From Laetmonice hystrix (taxonomy: Eukaryota): a DNA stretch of 64,000 bases. A model generated the notes under the pieces. That model saw only the letters and a list, made by a program, of their open reading frames with translations, was not told where the DNA came from and made no database searches. Positions within the stretch are counted from its first letter, which is position 1; each line of letters opens with the position of its first letter. The stretch lies in contig OZ249436.1 of assembly GCA_965235115.1 (NCBI GenBank), positions 20,524,001-20,588,000 of the forward strand. The letters run 5' to 3'. A program made the translations under genes and the position numbers. Positions 11,038 through 24,618 of this stretch are shown here, piece after piece.

Positions 11038-13999
11038 GTCTCGTTTGAAATGGCTAGAACAAACTGGACGGCCAATTAGAGCCTCCCCGTCTGGAGATCG
11101 ATCGTCCCTATCTAATATCTCCGTGCATATCTATCTTTTTAATTGACTGGAACATCAGAGGTCTTCTCTTAGATACATACCATCCTAACTTTTACAATGA
11201 GCGATGTAGCTAATTTCTTTTCTGGGGAATTTTTACATACACACAACCTTGCTTTGATTAGACACAGCTATGAGTACAGTAATTGCACTGTGCATTTGGT
11301 AGAGACTCGGACATAAAATTGATAATGACGAATCCATACGTCGTAAAATGTCACTTAAAGTCATTATCCAACTTTTCCAACAGAGGGCAGCACAGGATCA
11401 CAGCCAAGGCGAATGTCTCCTGAAGACTATTGGTTTTTGTTTGGTGAGAGTTTGAGTTGTTTTCGAACATCACGCCATCATAGCAGCCTACATTCACGAC
11501 TAGACCGAATTCCTTCTCATCCTAATTAATCTTTCCGGCGATAATGATCTAATGAGGATCTCGCCAGGCCACTATTCTGTTTCTTTTCCTCTCATATATA
11601 GAAAGGATGGTCTCACCGTCCATGACGAGTTTTTTCTCTCCCTTTGTTGTGTGGATGTAACCAGTCAATGACCGACTGTTTTTGAGTACGTGATAAACAA
11701 TCCACAACATGCCAACGAGCTGTTGGACGTTTTAACACACAGGGCTACGTCGCATACCACAATATGAATACAGTTGGAATTTTCGAGACAAAAAGGACAA
11801 GAAATAAAGATTTTTCCTCTTAGAAAGAGACCTACACACGAGGGGCAACACTTTTTCGAATAGAAGACAAGAGGATTGTTTCGTTCCAGTTGATACATTG
11901 AACTGTAGGAGAGGTCCCGCGTTGTGTGAGGAGCTCGTGATAGGCCGGTTAAATACTGGCCAGCCGATGAACAGACCGACGTTAGATGTTGAACAGCTAC
12001 GGACCGTCCAACCGGCGACGGACCAAGAACTGACCGATCCTTCAACCACGTGATAAACCTTGAAGCAATCCCTGTGACGTGAACGGCTGCTCTGTCCACC
12101 CCAAACAAAACATCTTCTACTCTCCCTCACTGACCCTGCTTACCTTGGGGCGCGAAGAGAAAGATAAATAAACTCTGATCTCTCCGGCTCAGACATAAAT
12201 CACGAAACACATACAGATAATGTTCAACTTACAGACACCACAACAGCATTGAACCAAACGAAAAGGTTGCTCTCGCTCTCCTGTCTGATTTCTGAAAAAT
12301 CATCTTCAGTCGGGAAACAAAAGGATAGCATCCAGCCGTCTGGCAGCTGTGCAAGTTCTAAAACTCCCGTGGCATGTCGGCAAGATCCGATTTGTTTCTG
12401 TCGGGTTATTGATTCACAGTGAGGCAGATGTGCAAGCGAAACTGCTTTCTCTAGACACTCTGCTTTAAACAACTCGTACTGAGCAAGTCGTTAACATGTG
12501 AATCTGTATTATTTGTTAGAAATTAAATCAACTGTACAGAAGGACGTATTTGGTAATCATGACATCAGCTAACAGAAACGTCCCTTTGTATTCAATTAAA
12601 TATCTAATCCCACATTCTCACCACGCTCTCCTGATTACATTCAGAATAATATTGCTGAAGGGACAAGTTTGTCGAGACATAACTGTTTATGACCGTCGTA
12701 CTGATGGCTTTTGACACTTTTTCTGGTCATTCGTTGAGGCGTAACGTGTTAACTGTGTCCGGAAGAACCGAGAATTGGCGTCATTTCAGAAAGATAATTC
12801 TGACGTATCCTTCTAGACATCTTGCACATGACAACGACGACTGGAAATGAATTAACGTCCACATGAATGGTTTTTTTTTTTTTGGGGGGGGGGCTTCAAC
12901 TTAAAACTCGCCATGTCACATGAAGTGCACATCCCAATCTGAACCTCTCCATTCAAGTGAATACAGAGGATCCGATCAGATGAGAAGCTCCGGTCTTGTG
13001 AAGATTTCCTGCAGTAATCACCAGAATTCAGCAAGCTGCTTGTGTTTTCTTACTTTGATTGATGAGTATATCTGCATGACCAATCAAGGACAATAGAAGT
13101 GATTGGATTAAAGTATTATTCCAAGTGTGCTGAGATGAATTTTGTTCCCAAGGGAAGGTTAGAACTGGCCCCAGCCGGCTCGGTTTTGATGCAGAACTAT
13201 AGACGCTGACAATTCTGATTCTCAAGCGAGGGGGAAACAGTAAATAAATCTATTATTTGAACAGATTGTAGCACATATGAACTGTCAAAGGAAAGTGATT
13301 ATAGAATCGGCTGGCACCGACTGTTGTCACTGATGTAGTGAGCCGTGCACTGATGATATGATGTGATGAATGCCGAGTCACGATTCGGTAACCCAGATAC
13401 TCTTAATGACTGAGGAAGAATCTAACCTTTCCTACGTCTCCGAGAGTTGTAGAAACCTATCACAGACACTGCACCAGCAGAATGTGGCCAATACGAAGTG
13501 GACCATGCTTTTGTGCCATTGCTCAAGTAGTACACCCGTACTGCTTGGTGAGAAACAGATGGGATTGTGGTCCGCGGGTCGGGCCACAGCTAACATCCAG
13601 GATCTCGTATGATTGGATGCTCTGCCGGACCCGGGCCTGGAGTAGAGTCAGATGATGGGGCGGTATCATTTCATATTGCCAACCAATCAGAAGAGCAAAG
13701 CAATCGGAAGATAATGACATGGCAGCGATGGGGGTGATCGCATGTAGTGAAGGGCCCGACGTCAGCCAGTGGCCTTGCATATCCCAGATTGGGAGCTGTC
13801 GAAACTTGAAACGTAAAAACCTATCTCAGCGCAACACTTTCTTGAAAGAGTAAACGTTTATCAAGGGACCAGAATGCGCCAGTCAAGGGACCAATTCTGA
13901 TCATCATACCACTGATTACTTCTCCCTCTCTCTCGGACCCGATCTGTTCCACCAACTCAGGCCCAATGTCGGTTCTATTCTACGCTTATTGTAACTTCC

Positions 14000-14500
14000 A
14001 CAAAACAGATATACATGAAGATGGCACCGAACAATTTGCTAAAAGATACCAGTCCTATATCTGGTAAAGAACAATTGAGAAAATGAGGCAAAACGACTGT
14101 GAAAATCAGCGATGGTATCGGCTGCCATTGCCATTGATTATGTAAGTGTCGGAATCCTAGAATCTTATCCATTTAATTAGTTGTACGTAGGTCTGGCTGA
14201 TTGTAACTGGTTATTGAGGTAGACTCATTAGCATATCCCTGAAGTTAAGTCGGTCAATTTGTCAGATAAAGAAGGCTTGTCCAATGAATTTCTCATACAT
14301 CTACATGTATTGATCTAAATAGAATTTGGGAACTTCACCCGATATAGGCAACCTGGGAACGGTGGTGACTGTCGGCAACTGGACCAACTCGATATCCATT
14401 GAAGGCGGTCGATAGGTGCCTGATACGTTTGTCAAAGATCGATACTTACTAAATTTACTCTGCTGTACTGTTTTCACCGGTAAATGCCATATTACCATCC
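14000..14500 (-). mobile_element. Possible decayed LINE APE-endonuclease fragment
   Basis: Minus frame contains VSGTYRPP, resembling the YRPP motif of CR1/L2 endonucleases; other motifs degraded; boundaries approximate. Confidence 0.3.
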
Positions 14501-14959
14501 ATTACACAGGGGGCATTATTTCAAATGCAAACCTCTTTTATGGCGACCAGCGAGGTGGAGCCGGGAGGGGGACGGATAGGGTAGTACGGGGTGGCGGATA
14601 GGGTAGACCTCCTGAGGTCAAGGAGTCCCGAGTGGCCCAAACCTCCTACAACACCTCTCTAGACTGTATGCCAAACTAATCCTGACCCGTTAGACACTTC
14701 GCTCATCTGTTAAAACCACATTCCAGAGTCCAACTTCTCTACACAACCAGTGAGTGCATCTAGGATACAGTTATGTATTCTGTTCACCAAGCTAACCGGG
14801 GGTTTCCCCACATAATATAAAATATGTTAAAACATTCAATAGGTATCAACGAAACCTGGCTGAATGCGCCATTTCTATTCATTCTGAACAGGGTTATCAG
14901 TATGGACCTGACAGCCATGGTTTTCCGAGATCCAGACAGGGTTAGCGCATTTCAGCTAC

Positions 14960-15212
14960 TGGGTGGGGACGGGGTGGTTACTGGGTGGGCACTGGGTGGT
15001 TCCTGGGTGGTTCCTGGGTGGGTACTGGCTGGGCAGTGGGTGGTTACTGGGTGGTTACTGGGTGGGCGCTGGGTGGTTACTGGGTGGGCACTGGGTAGTT
15101 ACTGGGTGGGTACTGAGTGGTTACTGGGTGGGCGCTGGGTGGTTACTGGGTGGTTATTGGGGTTACTGGGTGGACACTGGGTGGACACTGGATGGGCGCT
15201 GGGTGGCGCTGG
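14960..15212. repeat. Degenerate 11-bp G-rich tandem repeat
   Basis: Alternating CTGGGTGGTTA / CTGGGTGGGCA units. Confidence 0.9.
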
Positions 15213-15373
15213 CAAACCGCGGGAGGCGCTGTGTGGTGGCTGGGGCTGGCCGCTGATGTTAACTTCCTGACATAATACAGTGAACAGTTTGACCATATCC
15301 CTTGGAGGATTCACTGTATTCCGAAAGGTTTCATTTTGCCTTTGGAAAATATATCTTGGGGAACATACATAGC

Positions 15374-16230
15374 AACTCCCCTCACGGGAGTCCTCCCACC
15401 CTCGGCCTGGGCTCACTCACGGCCGCCTCTCCCAACTCACCTCACGGAGGTCCTCCCACCCTCGGCCCGGGCTCACTCACGACCGCCTTCCCTAACTCAC
15501 CTCACGGAGGTCCTCCCACCCTCGGCCCGGGCTCACTCACGGCCGCCTCCCCTAACTCACCTCACGGGAGTCCTCCCACCCTCGGCCCGGGCTCACTCAC
15601 GGCCGCCTCCCCTAACTCACCTCACGGGAGTCCTCCCACCCTCGGCCCGGGCTCACTGACAGCCGCCTCCCCTAACTCACCTCACGGGAGTCCTCCCACC
15701 CTCGGCCCGGGCTCACTGACAGCCGCCTCCCCTAACTCACCTCACGGGAGTCCTCCCACCCTCGGCCCGGGCTCACTCACGGCCGCCTCCCCTAACTCCC
15801 CTCACGGGAGTCCTCCCACCCTCGGCCTGGGCTGACTCACGGCCGCCTCCCCCAACTCACCTCACGGGAGTCCTCCCACCCTCGGCCCGGGCTCACTTAC
15901 GGCCGCCTCCCCCAACTCACCTCACGGGAGTCCTCCCACCCTCGGCCCGGGCTCACTTACGGCCGCCTCCCCCAACTCACCTCACGGGAGTCCTCCCACC
16001 CTCGGCCCGGGCTCACTCACGGCCGCCTCCCCTAACTCACCTCGGCCCAGGCTCACTCACGGCCGCCTCCCCTAACTCACCTCGGCCCAGGCTCACTCAC
16101 GGCCGCCTCCCCTAACTCACCTCGGCCCAGGCTCACTCACGGCCGCCTCCCCTAACTCACCTCGGCCCAGGCTCACTCACGGCCGCCTCCCCTAACTCAC
16201 CTCGGCCTAGGCTCACTCACGGCCGCCTCC
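15374..16230. repeat. 60-bp minisatellite (~11 copies) switching to a 40-bp derivative (~5 copies)
   Basis: Units align with the 60-column lines until ~16040, then lose CACGGGAGTCCTCCCACCCT. Confidence 0.97.
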
Positions 16231-17190
16231 TGCCAGTGTACCCTGCCAGATATTCCAAATACCAGACAGGTCCTGGGGGAATCATTCCAGCCATGCTACA
16301 TATTGGGAACTATTCCACTTCTGGTTTATTCATGTCATAAAGTTCCAATAACCATGTCGCCAGGATTTGGATTCTTGTTCATTCCCTTTCTTGCTATTCC
16401 TTTCTTTTAAACTTTGAAACCATGTCATTTTACGCGTACAATATCTTTTTATTCATATGGTCATACCTGAAAAAAAACCTGCTATCTAAATACTATTATT
16501 CTAGCTGTTATACCTCTCATTAGCATTCCATTTTTTCCACGGCACGCCGCAAAATAACAATAAAAAAGCTGTGGGCCTATCTCCCATGAATAATGTCTTT
16601 AGTACGGCAGAGTTATTACGATAAAAGAAATCTTCCATTTGGGCCTGATTAATGTGTAATTGGTTTAATGTGACACCGATATCTATATATTGATGGTCAG
16701 AGTCAGTTTCACAGACCGGGTATTGGAAGGACCGTTCTGTGTGTAAATCCCCAATCTGTAACCGTTTTTAATACGGCAAAATGACAGCTAGGTGTTCATC
16801 ACGCAGTGATTACACATAGCTTCGAGTCTATTCATTATGGCATTTTTTATTTATCTGCGCTTGAATGTTTCTTTTAGTATGGTAATAGAATTTGATCAAA
16901 TTTAGGCATCAGGTTGTACTCGTATGTCATTATCAAATACGGACTGTCCTTACACAATTTACATATATATGTTGTTGTATTGCATATATCAAACCTAGAT
17001 CGGACATAAGACAATAAGAAACGGAGGAAGAAAGTCAGAACCCCATTATCAGACCTTCCTGGTCGTGACGACTCATTGCTAGAGTCGTATCCTGACAATT
17101 CCGCCATATCCTGCCTCTATACGATGGAACAGACGGGTCTATCCTCTGGAACCGAGAAAGTATTTTTGCTAGAAGGCAAACTACTCTCAC

Positions 17191-17230
17191 CTTTTGGTCC
17201 GCTTTCGCTTCTCCCCGCTTCATCTTTCGT
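17191..17230 (-). CDS. SPOCK: Testican/SPOCK small exon
   Basis: ttttcag| ... AAG|gtgaga; phase 2 to 0, fitting the 25615 donor and 9334 acceptor; reads (R)RKMKRGEAKADQK. Confidence 0.75.
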
Positions 17231-17532
17231 CTGAAAATGTAAAAGAACAATATTGAATCACTTTTGATGATAATTATATTGTATCTCCGTGGTGGTAAGA
17301 ATACCAGCACTGCACCTGTCCTCTTCCCTGGGGTCCGACAAGAACGGCATTCGATCTCCATCTCTCTCTCATATAGAATATTGACAGTCTTTATACCTTC
17401 TGCCAGACAGCAAACATTATTACTTTGACTCAGACTTGATACGAATTTCCTAACAAGGCTGAAACCGATGGGAATTCTCCACACGGGGCTGGTCTCCAGT
17501 GCCTCATATCCGTATCCCTATCATGTGTTTAT

Positions 17533-17759
17533 GGAGTCAGGACTTCACTACTACTGACTGCACGGAGGGAATCACATATATAACGCTAGGAGTCAGGACT
17601 TCACTACTACTGACTGCACGGAGGGAATCACATATATAACGCTAGGAGTCAGGACTTCACTACTACTGACTGCACGGAGGGAATCACATATATAACGCTA
17701 GGAGTCAGGACTTCACTACTACTGACTGCACGGAGGGAATCACATATATAACGCTAGGA
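17533..17759. repeat. 56-bp tandem repeat, 4 identical copies
   Basis: GGAGTCAGGACTTC... starts at 17533, 17589, 17645, 17701. Confidence 0.97.
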
Positions 17760-17830
17760 TTTCATCTATGAGAACTGACTCATAAAGCCGACAGTTTCTA
17801 TCCCGCACGCATAAATAACGTGTGGGGTAC

Positions 17831-18059
17831 CAGGCGCGTGTCCAGGGGGGTCCAGGGGGTCCGGACCCCCCTGTTCCCACGGAGCATAGATTTTTTCTAA
17901 ACATTCCTGCCGTTTTGAACCCGTTGAGCGATGAATCAACAAAATATAATGCCCTAAAATGGCCCCTAAATGGCGGGGAATCGCATCTCAGAGCTTCTAA
18001 TTTAAAAAATTTTCCTGAGACCCCCCCCCCCCCGCTAAAAAATCCTGGACACGCACCTG
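17831..18059. mobile_element. MITE with CAGG termini and 5-bp TSD
   Basis: CAGGCGCGTGTCCAGG ... CCTGGACACGCACCTG, flanked both sides by GGTAC. Confidence 0.82.
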
Positions 18060-18809
18060 GGTACGGCTACACATCTCACACCAAGATAATTGTCTTGTTT
18101 ATTTTTTCTCGCGGTAGCATAGCACATAACAATCTTTTATATAAAATTTTGAAAAATCCTACTATTGTACAATATGTACAGTAAATGTCACAGAAGGGAA
18201 GACACTCTCTCATTGCATGCCCCACACGACTGGAGCGAAGTTTTATCTCATGGGCTGTATTATGACGCCCTTGCAAACAGCCAGCGCTGCTTACAGCACA
18301 CGTTGGTGCCACACACATGTCTATACATACTGAGAAACCATGGACCAGCTCCCAAGTTGACTGAATCGTGATGCATATCCCGGCGTTCAGTGATACCCTC
18401 ATACATTCTCTCTGCCAATCAAATCACCCCGCACCTCTTAAAGCCACCGATATATATTGCAAGCTAATTGGAACGCTCCATTTAATCACCAGTGCATAAT
18501 CAGTGCTTTACTCCACGCATTCATTCTCATTTCGGTCGTGAAAATCCATTCTCCGCGGAATAATGTATATAATAGTTGTCACTGAGCACTTACTGCTCCA
18601 GGTTCTATCTAAGTGCAAGCTAACAGTTTGGGAATGACTTGGAATTGATGGCTACATCGGAGGAGAAAGGAAATTGATGACCCTGCATGGCAGAACGTTG
18701 CGCTGCTTTAACCGGTTGGTTGCTTTCACAACCTTTCACGTTGATGAAACACAACAGGAGAGGGAGCTCACTGGAATGAGTCACCCAGCAAACCAACCGA
18801 CAGTCAGAC

Positions 18810-19701
18810 AACACTCAGATAACTACCCTAAACTCAGACAACCACCCTCCACTCCGTGAACCAACATAATACACTCAGTGAACCACCCTACACTCAGTGA
18901 ACCACCCTATACACTCAGTGAACCACCGTACACTCAGTGAACCACCGTACACTCAGTGAACCACCCTCCACTCCGTGAACCACCATAATACACTCAGTGA
19001 ACCACCCAACACTCAGTGAACCACCCTATACACTCAGTGAACCACCCAACACTCAGTGAACCACCCTATACACTCAGTGAACCACCCTACACTCAGTGAA
19101 CCACCCTACACTCAGTGAACCACCCTACACTCAGTGAACCACCCTACACTCAGTGAACCGCCCTCCACTCAGTGAACTACCCTACACTCAGTGAACCACC
19201 CTCCACTCAGTGAACCACCCTCCACTCAGTGAACCACCCTACACTCAATGAACCACCCTACACTCAGTAAACCACCCTACACTCAGTGAACCACCCTACA
19301 CTCAGTGAACCACCCTACACTCAGTGAACCACCCTACACTCAGTGAACCACCCTACACTCAGTGAACCACCCTACACTCAGTGAACCACCCTACACTCAG
19401 TGAACCACCCTACACTCAGTGAAGCACCCTATACACTCAGTCAACCACCATAATAGACTCAGTCAACCACCCCACACTCAGTGAACTACCATATACACTC
19501 AGTGAACCACCTTGCACTCAGTGAACCACCCTCCACTCAGTGAACCACCCTCCACTCAGTGAACCACCCTACACTCAGTCAACCACCCTATACACTCAGT
19601 GAACCACCCTACACTCAGTCAACCACCCTATACACTCAGTGAACCACCCTATACACTCAGTGAACCACCATAATAGACTCAGTGAACCACCCTACACTCA
19701 G
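18810..19701. repeat. 19/21-bp minisatellite
   Basis: Unit CACTCAGTGAACCACCCTA(TA), more than 40 copies, diverged at the edges. Confidence 0.97.
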
Positions 19702-20409
19702 ACAAACAACATACACATACTGTACGGCAATGAATGACGTGTTGACTCTTGCAATTGGAGAAGTCATCTCACTGGGTCACACCTGTCATATCTCATTGTC
19801 CTTAAATGTACCGCTCCCGAGTGTTGAACTCTCTGCACGAGTGACTCCAGATTTTAGACTTGGTAGTCGCCCTGGCGACCCATCGACTAATCGACACATA
19901 TTGGTACCCGGTATGAAAGATGATCAGACTTCACTACTTCACCGCGGTTTATACTTCTTCATTGTGGATTGATACTGAATGTAAATGGGATAGGAAATGT
20001 GCCGGCCGCCAACAAGATGATTACTTCTTATGGGTAAGTAAAAGATGAGGTACTTGTTAGTCAAATCTCTAAAAGGTTTATGTTATAATCAACATTTGTG
20101 TTAACGGTTTTGTGTCGAATAGTTGAAATTCATGACACGTAATAGAGAACCACAGCTAACATTTGGAACATAATTAATCACAGAGAAAAGATGTGATAAG
20201 TTGGAGGCGGAAACTTTAATACCTGGATCTAATATTAAATAATATAACGAAGTTTTCCTATTTAATTCGTTCCCAAACTCATCCCTATTCATTATGATGT
20301 TTATAACCAGAATTTATCGAACAATTTTACATGCTGAGTTCTGCGGAATCAAAACTCCAATTGATCATGTTAACGACCTCTCAACATCCACCATTCCATT
20401 AGGAAGTCA

Positions 20410-21151
20410 AATGAAACCGACCATTTGCTGCTTGACCCGTTTAATGAAACCGACCATTTGCTGCTTGACCCGTTTAATGAAACCGACCATTTGGTGCTTG
20501 ACCCGTTTAATGAAACCGACCATTTGGTGCTTGACCCGTTTAATGAAACCGACCATTTGGTGCTTGACCCGTTTAATGAAACCGACCATTTGGTGCTTGA
20601 CCCGTTTAATGAAACCGACCATTTGGTGCTTGACCCGTTTAATGAAACCGACCATTTGGTGCGTGACCCGTTTAATGAAACCAACCATTTAGTGCTTGAC
20701 CCGTTTAATGAAACCGACCATTTGGTGCGTGACCCGTTTAATGAAACCGATCATTTGGTGCGTGACCCGTTTAATGAAACCGACCATTTGGTGCTTGACC
20801 CGTTTAAATCGACCATTTGGTGCTTGACCCGTTTAAATCGACCATTTGGTGCTTGACCCGTTTAAATCGACCATTTGGTGCGTGACCCGTTTAAACCGAC
20901 CATTTGTGCTTGACCCGTTTAAATCGACCATTTGGTGCTTGACCCGTTTAAATCGACCATTTGGTGCTTGACCCGTTTAAATCGACCATTTGGTGCTTGA
21001 CCCGTTTAAATCGACCATTTGGTGCGTGACCCGTTTAAACCGACCATTTGGTGCTTGACCCGTTTAAATCGACCATTTAGTGCTTGACCCGTTTAAACCG
21101 ACCATTTGTGCTTGACCCGTTTAAATCGACCATTTGGTGCTTGACCCGTTT
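20410..21151. repeat. 33-bp minisatellite (~12 copies) switching to a 29-bp variant (~12 copies)
   Basis: AATGAAACCGACCATTTGGTGCTTGACCCGTTT, then AAATCGACCATTTGGTGCTTGACCCGTTT from ~20805. Confidence 0.97.
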
Positions 21152-21934
21152 CAGCACTGATGCCGGTATCATTCGTTCCCTACACCTACAGAGTTTTACC
21201 CACTGGTCTCTTTCTAACGGATGAAGGGGGGGGGGCAAGAAGAAACCATTACACTTTTATTCAGTCCATTAATTTGGCCCCGAGGCCAAAGATTAGATTG
21301 GCTGTGGTCCCCAATTACAGACGGCAGTAGTCGCGGGATGAAACCCGCACACGGCCGTGCCATCAGCGCCTGTATCCAAGTCGTCCTCCACACTGGATAT
21401 CTCGGGGTAATTGCCTGGATCCTACCACAACAACTGTTAAGGAGTCGTGGGAAATTTGGCCAAATCAGGGAGGTGAGCGGACATCCTGCCACCTGGATAA
21501 AGTACCTTGTCCAGAGGTCAAGTAGCAACATGCTGCCGGGAAAGGCTGACGTTAAACCTCATGTCTGAAAACGATATCCTTCATTGTGCCCGTCGGTGGT
21601 TTCAATGTGGCACGATCCTGAGGGGTGCGTCTCACAATCTGTCGTTAGGTTGTCGTATCGTTAACACCAATGTATTATTTTCAATGGGGATTTTAATGAA
21701 CGACAGGATGAGGATGGTTAGTAGGCTGATCTCTGCTCTCCGAACCCCCCCCCCCCCTCCAGGCGTGTGGTGTGTGGTGGTGGTGTGTGGTGTGTGGGGG
21801 TGGTTTGGAGTTTGGTTACGTCCTGTTGGTAAACAAGTGTTTTTCATTTATTCAGTCCATTCGGGTGTTGATGATCATTGATGATCATTTTAGACAAGAA
21901 ATCCGGACCCTGGAGCAACGCCTAACCACTTCAT

Positions 21935-22020
21935 GCGCTGGGAGGGGAGGATTCGAACCTGCAAGGCACTAGCCCAAACTGGTCCTCAGCAAGAGCCTCT
22001 AACCACTGCACTGCTCTCCT
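21935..22020 (-). mobile_element. tRNA-derived SINE head or tRNA pseudogene (class II, Ser/Leu-like)
   Basis: Minus strand has A-box-like GCAGTGGTTAGAG, B box GGTTCGAATCC and a variable-arm hairpin GGGCTAGTGCCT; acceptor and anticodon stems do not pair cleanly. Confidence 0.6.
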
Positions 22021-22548
22021 GAATGGTGCTTTTATCATATTGAAAAGTTGTATTTTCACCGCATCTTGCATAAAATATATGGCATTGTCCGCCCAATACA
22101 GTATTATAATACGTGAGCTCTGACCCTGTGGGTTGTAGAGAAGGCCTGGCTGCTGGAATTGATCGTGCGCAAACAAAATATAAATCACACTGACAGGAAA
22201 ATAGCTTCATCATTCCGTTTTCATCGAACTTTCATGCAACAACAAAATATAAAAAATCAATTCGAATTCGTGAATATTCCATTTCATGAATACCCGGTTA
22301 TCATACAGAGATCGACGGTAGTTGAGGTTGCGCGTTCCTGTAGCACAGAAATAGTCGTGGTTGGAATTATGTGATTCTTTTTCTTAACAAAATTAACACG
22401 GCAACAAAAATTCTAGAAGGCGAAGTGATCATCCTTTGTATTTGTCCATTTAGGTCCTGGAAAGATTCCTTCTTCTACGATGCGAAAATATTCTCAACTG
22501 GACACGACGACACACAGACAAGCTCTGCCGGGTGAACTGAAACGGTCG

Positions 22549-22567
22549 TAGCGCCACCTAGTGGCCA
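22549..22567 (-). promoter_or_regulatory. CTCF consensus site
   Basis: Minus strand TGGCCACTAGGTGGCGCTA, near-perfect match to the CTCF core motif. Confidence 0.65.
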
Positions 22568-24515
22568 ACTGACATGCGGTCCCTCATTTGAGACGGTCTC
22601 TTTACATCCTACTTTTCTTATATTTTGTTTATCATAAAATTTGAAACTGAATTAAAGCAGCGGTAGTCAGCCTTTAAAACGGCGTCTCCTGATTGAGTGA
22701 GCAATACTGATCGAATTCCTCGCCTCCACCCATTGCCTCGCCAGTGGCCCTTCAGACCGTCCACCGTCAACGAGGACCGGTATACTGAGGACGGTTTCGT
22801 TACGTGAGAGGACACAGTCCACCAAATCTCCATCAACGCCAACCCATACCAACAACCTCGTTACACACAAGGAAAAATATATGATTTTTAAAATAATAAC
22901 GTCACTCATTAGGTTTATATTCAACCGAGAACTAAAACTATAAAATGATCAATCACAATAACTTTAGGCCTAATTATCTAGTTTATAGTACGGCCTCAAT
23001 AATATTGCAAGTCATATTTCACTAATTTTCCAACTGTTTCGCATTATTATTCTCTTTCTAGCTCGGTGCATAGAAATGGTTCCTTGAAAACGAACTATGT
23101 GAAAGAAAAAGTCCTGATCCCATGCTAATTCAAACAACGTCAATGCAATATCGACTTGAACGTGTTCTCCGTGAAGTCATGCTAGCTCTGCAAGCATGAC
23201 TGAAACATGAACTCTTTATTCTACAGTTCCCGAAAACATTCGACGGCAAGGTCTTTTATCAATAATTACATCAGGCTCTTCTGTGCTATTAATGGGAGCG
23301 TGCTACTTGGTATCGTAACGAGCCCTCAAATATTTACAGTTGTAATGGGATCTAAACATTATTAGTGCGGTTCAAATAAACATTACACCCGCCGTAAAAT
23401 AATAAAAAATGATGAGCCTGTTTTAACAGAGATAGAATTACAAATACAACAGGAAACAAATCTAGCCTATTGATACGTGCTCCACGCAGACATTGAGTGG
23501 AGGGTGTGCTCAGCACATGTAATTCCTTTTCAATGCAATACCGGACGGTACCTTCACTTCGTGAAGGATTGTCGAAGTTAAGAAATGTAAGAAATAGTCA
23601 GGGCAAACCTTTCTGTTCCACTGTACCACCAAACACGCCTCACTTCGCTCTTCACTTTTTCTCTAGACCCACTGTGAAAGAAATCGGGAGTGTTTTGTCT
23701 GAGGTAATAAATGATCAGAGGCTCTGGGTATTGATCGAAATGTCTTTACATCCAAGATGGCTGCCAAACGGCCATTTTGAATGATATCAACAATCTATTT
23801 GACGTGCATCATCCTCAGACCGTCCCTGATCGTACCATTTGACCCATACACTTCACAGAAATCGCTGTCGGACGGACGGACGACGGACAGAGGTCGAATT
23901 AGTACCTCCCTCCCTTTGGGGGCTAAAAATGGCACTTTAATAATTGATTTTAACACATAAATAGATTCCGTGTAATAACAACCCGTTTTGAGAACCATGG
24001 TCCTACTATAGTACTATTACGGGCCAAGCAGAGGCTGTTGTTTCTCTGTGGCGCAGTAAATAACTGCTCCCTGCATGGAGTTACTGAGACGCGTCCCCCA
24101 CTCACACAATTCTCACCACCCGGAGAATGACGTTAACTCCAGCCCCCAATGGAGGAAACCTGTGAGGGTACTGATCCATCCCGGGCCTTGCGGAGGAGGT
24201 GTTCCAGGGGTCATCTCCTCCAGGGTGTACGGGCCGGCTGGCGGCCTGGAGAACTGATCCCAGTCCGCCGTCCCTAGAGACAGGTTCAGCGGGAATATTC
24301 CACCTCTCTTGTGTCTCCGTGTGCCTGAGGTGGAACACCCCTTCGATCCAGGTAACACCCGCCAATACGGACAGGAGACTTCAACCGACATTCAGACACA
24401 AACTCCTCACAAACTGACTCCATGTCAATCATGAACGGTTACCATGGCCATATCTTCATCCGTCATTAAAGAAAGCAATCTCAGATTATATATCATGAAC
24501 ATACACAACAGAAGC

Positions 24516-24618
24516 TCCTCCTCCCCCTCCTCCCCCTGCTCCTCCTCCTCCCCCTCCTCCCATCCTCCCCCCTCGCCCTCCTCCTCCTCCTCCTCCTCCT
24601 CCTCCTCCTCCTCCTCCC
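24516..24618. repeat. (CCT)n microsatellite / polypyrimidine tract
   Basis: Directly visible. Confidence 0.95.

Noticed and set aside
21935..22020. Functional tRNA gene
   Set aside because: Acceptor and anticodon stems are broken; kept only as SINE head or pseudogene.
23795..23998. FCEVYGSNGTI as a possible Kazal exon
   Set aside because: Lacks the Cys of VCGS and the TYxNxC motif; no fitting splice sites.
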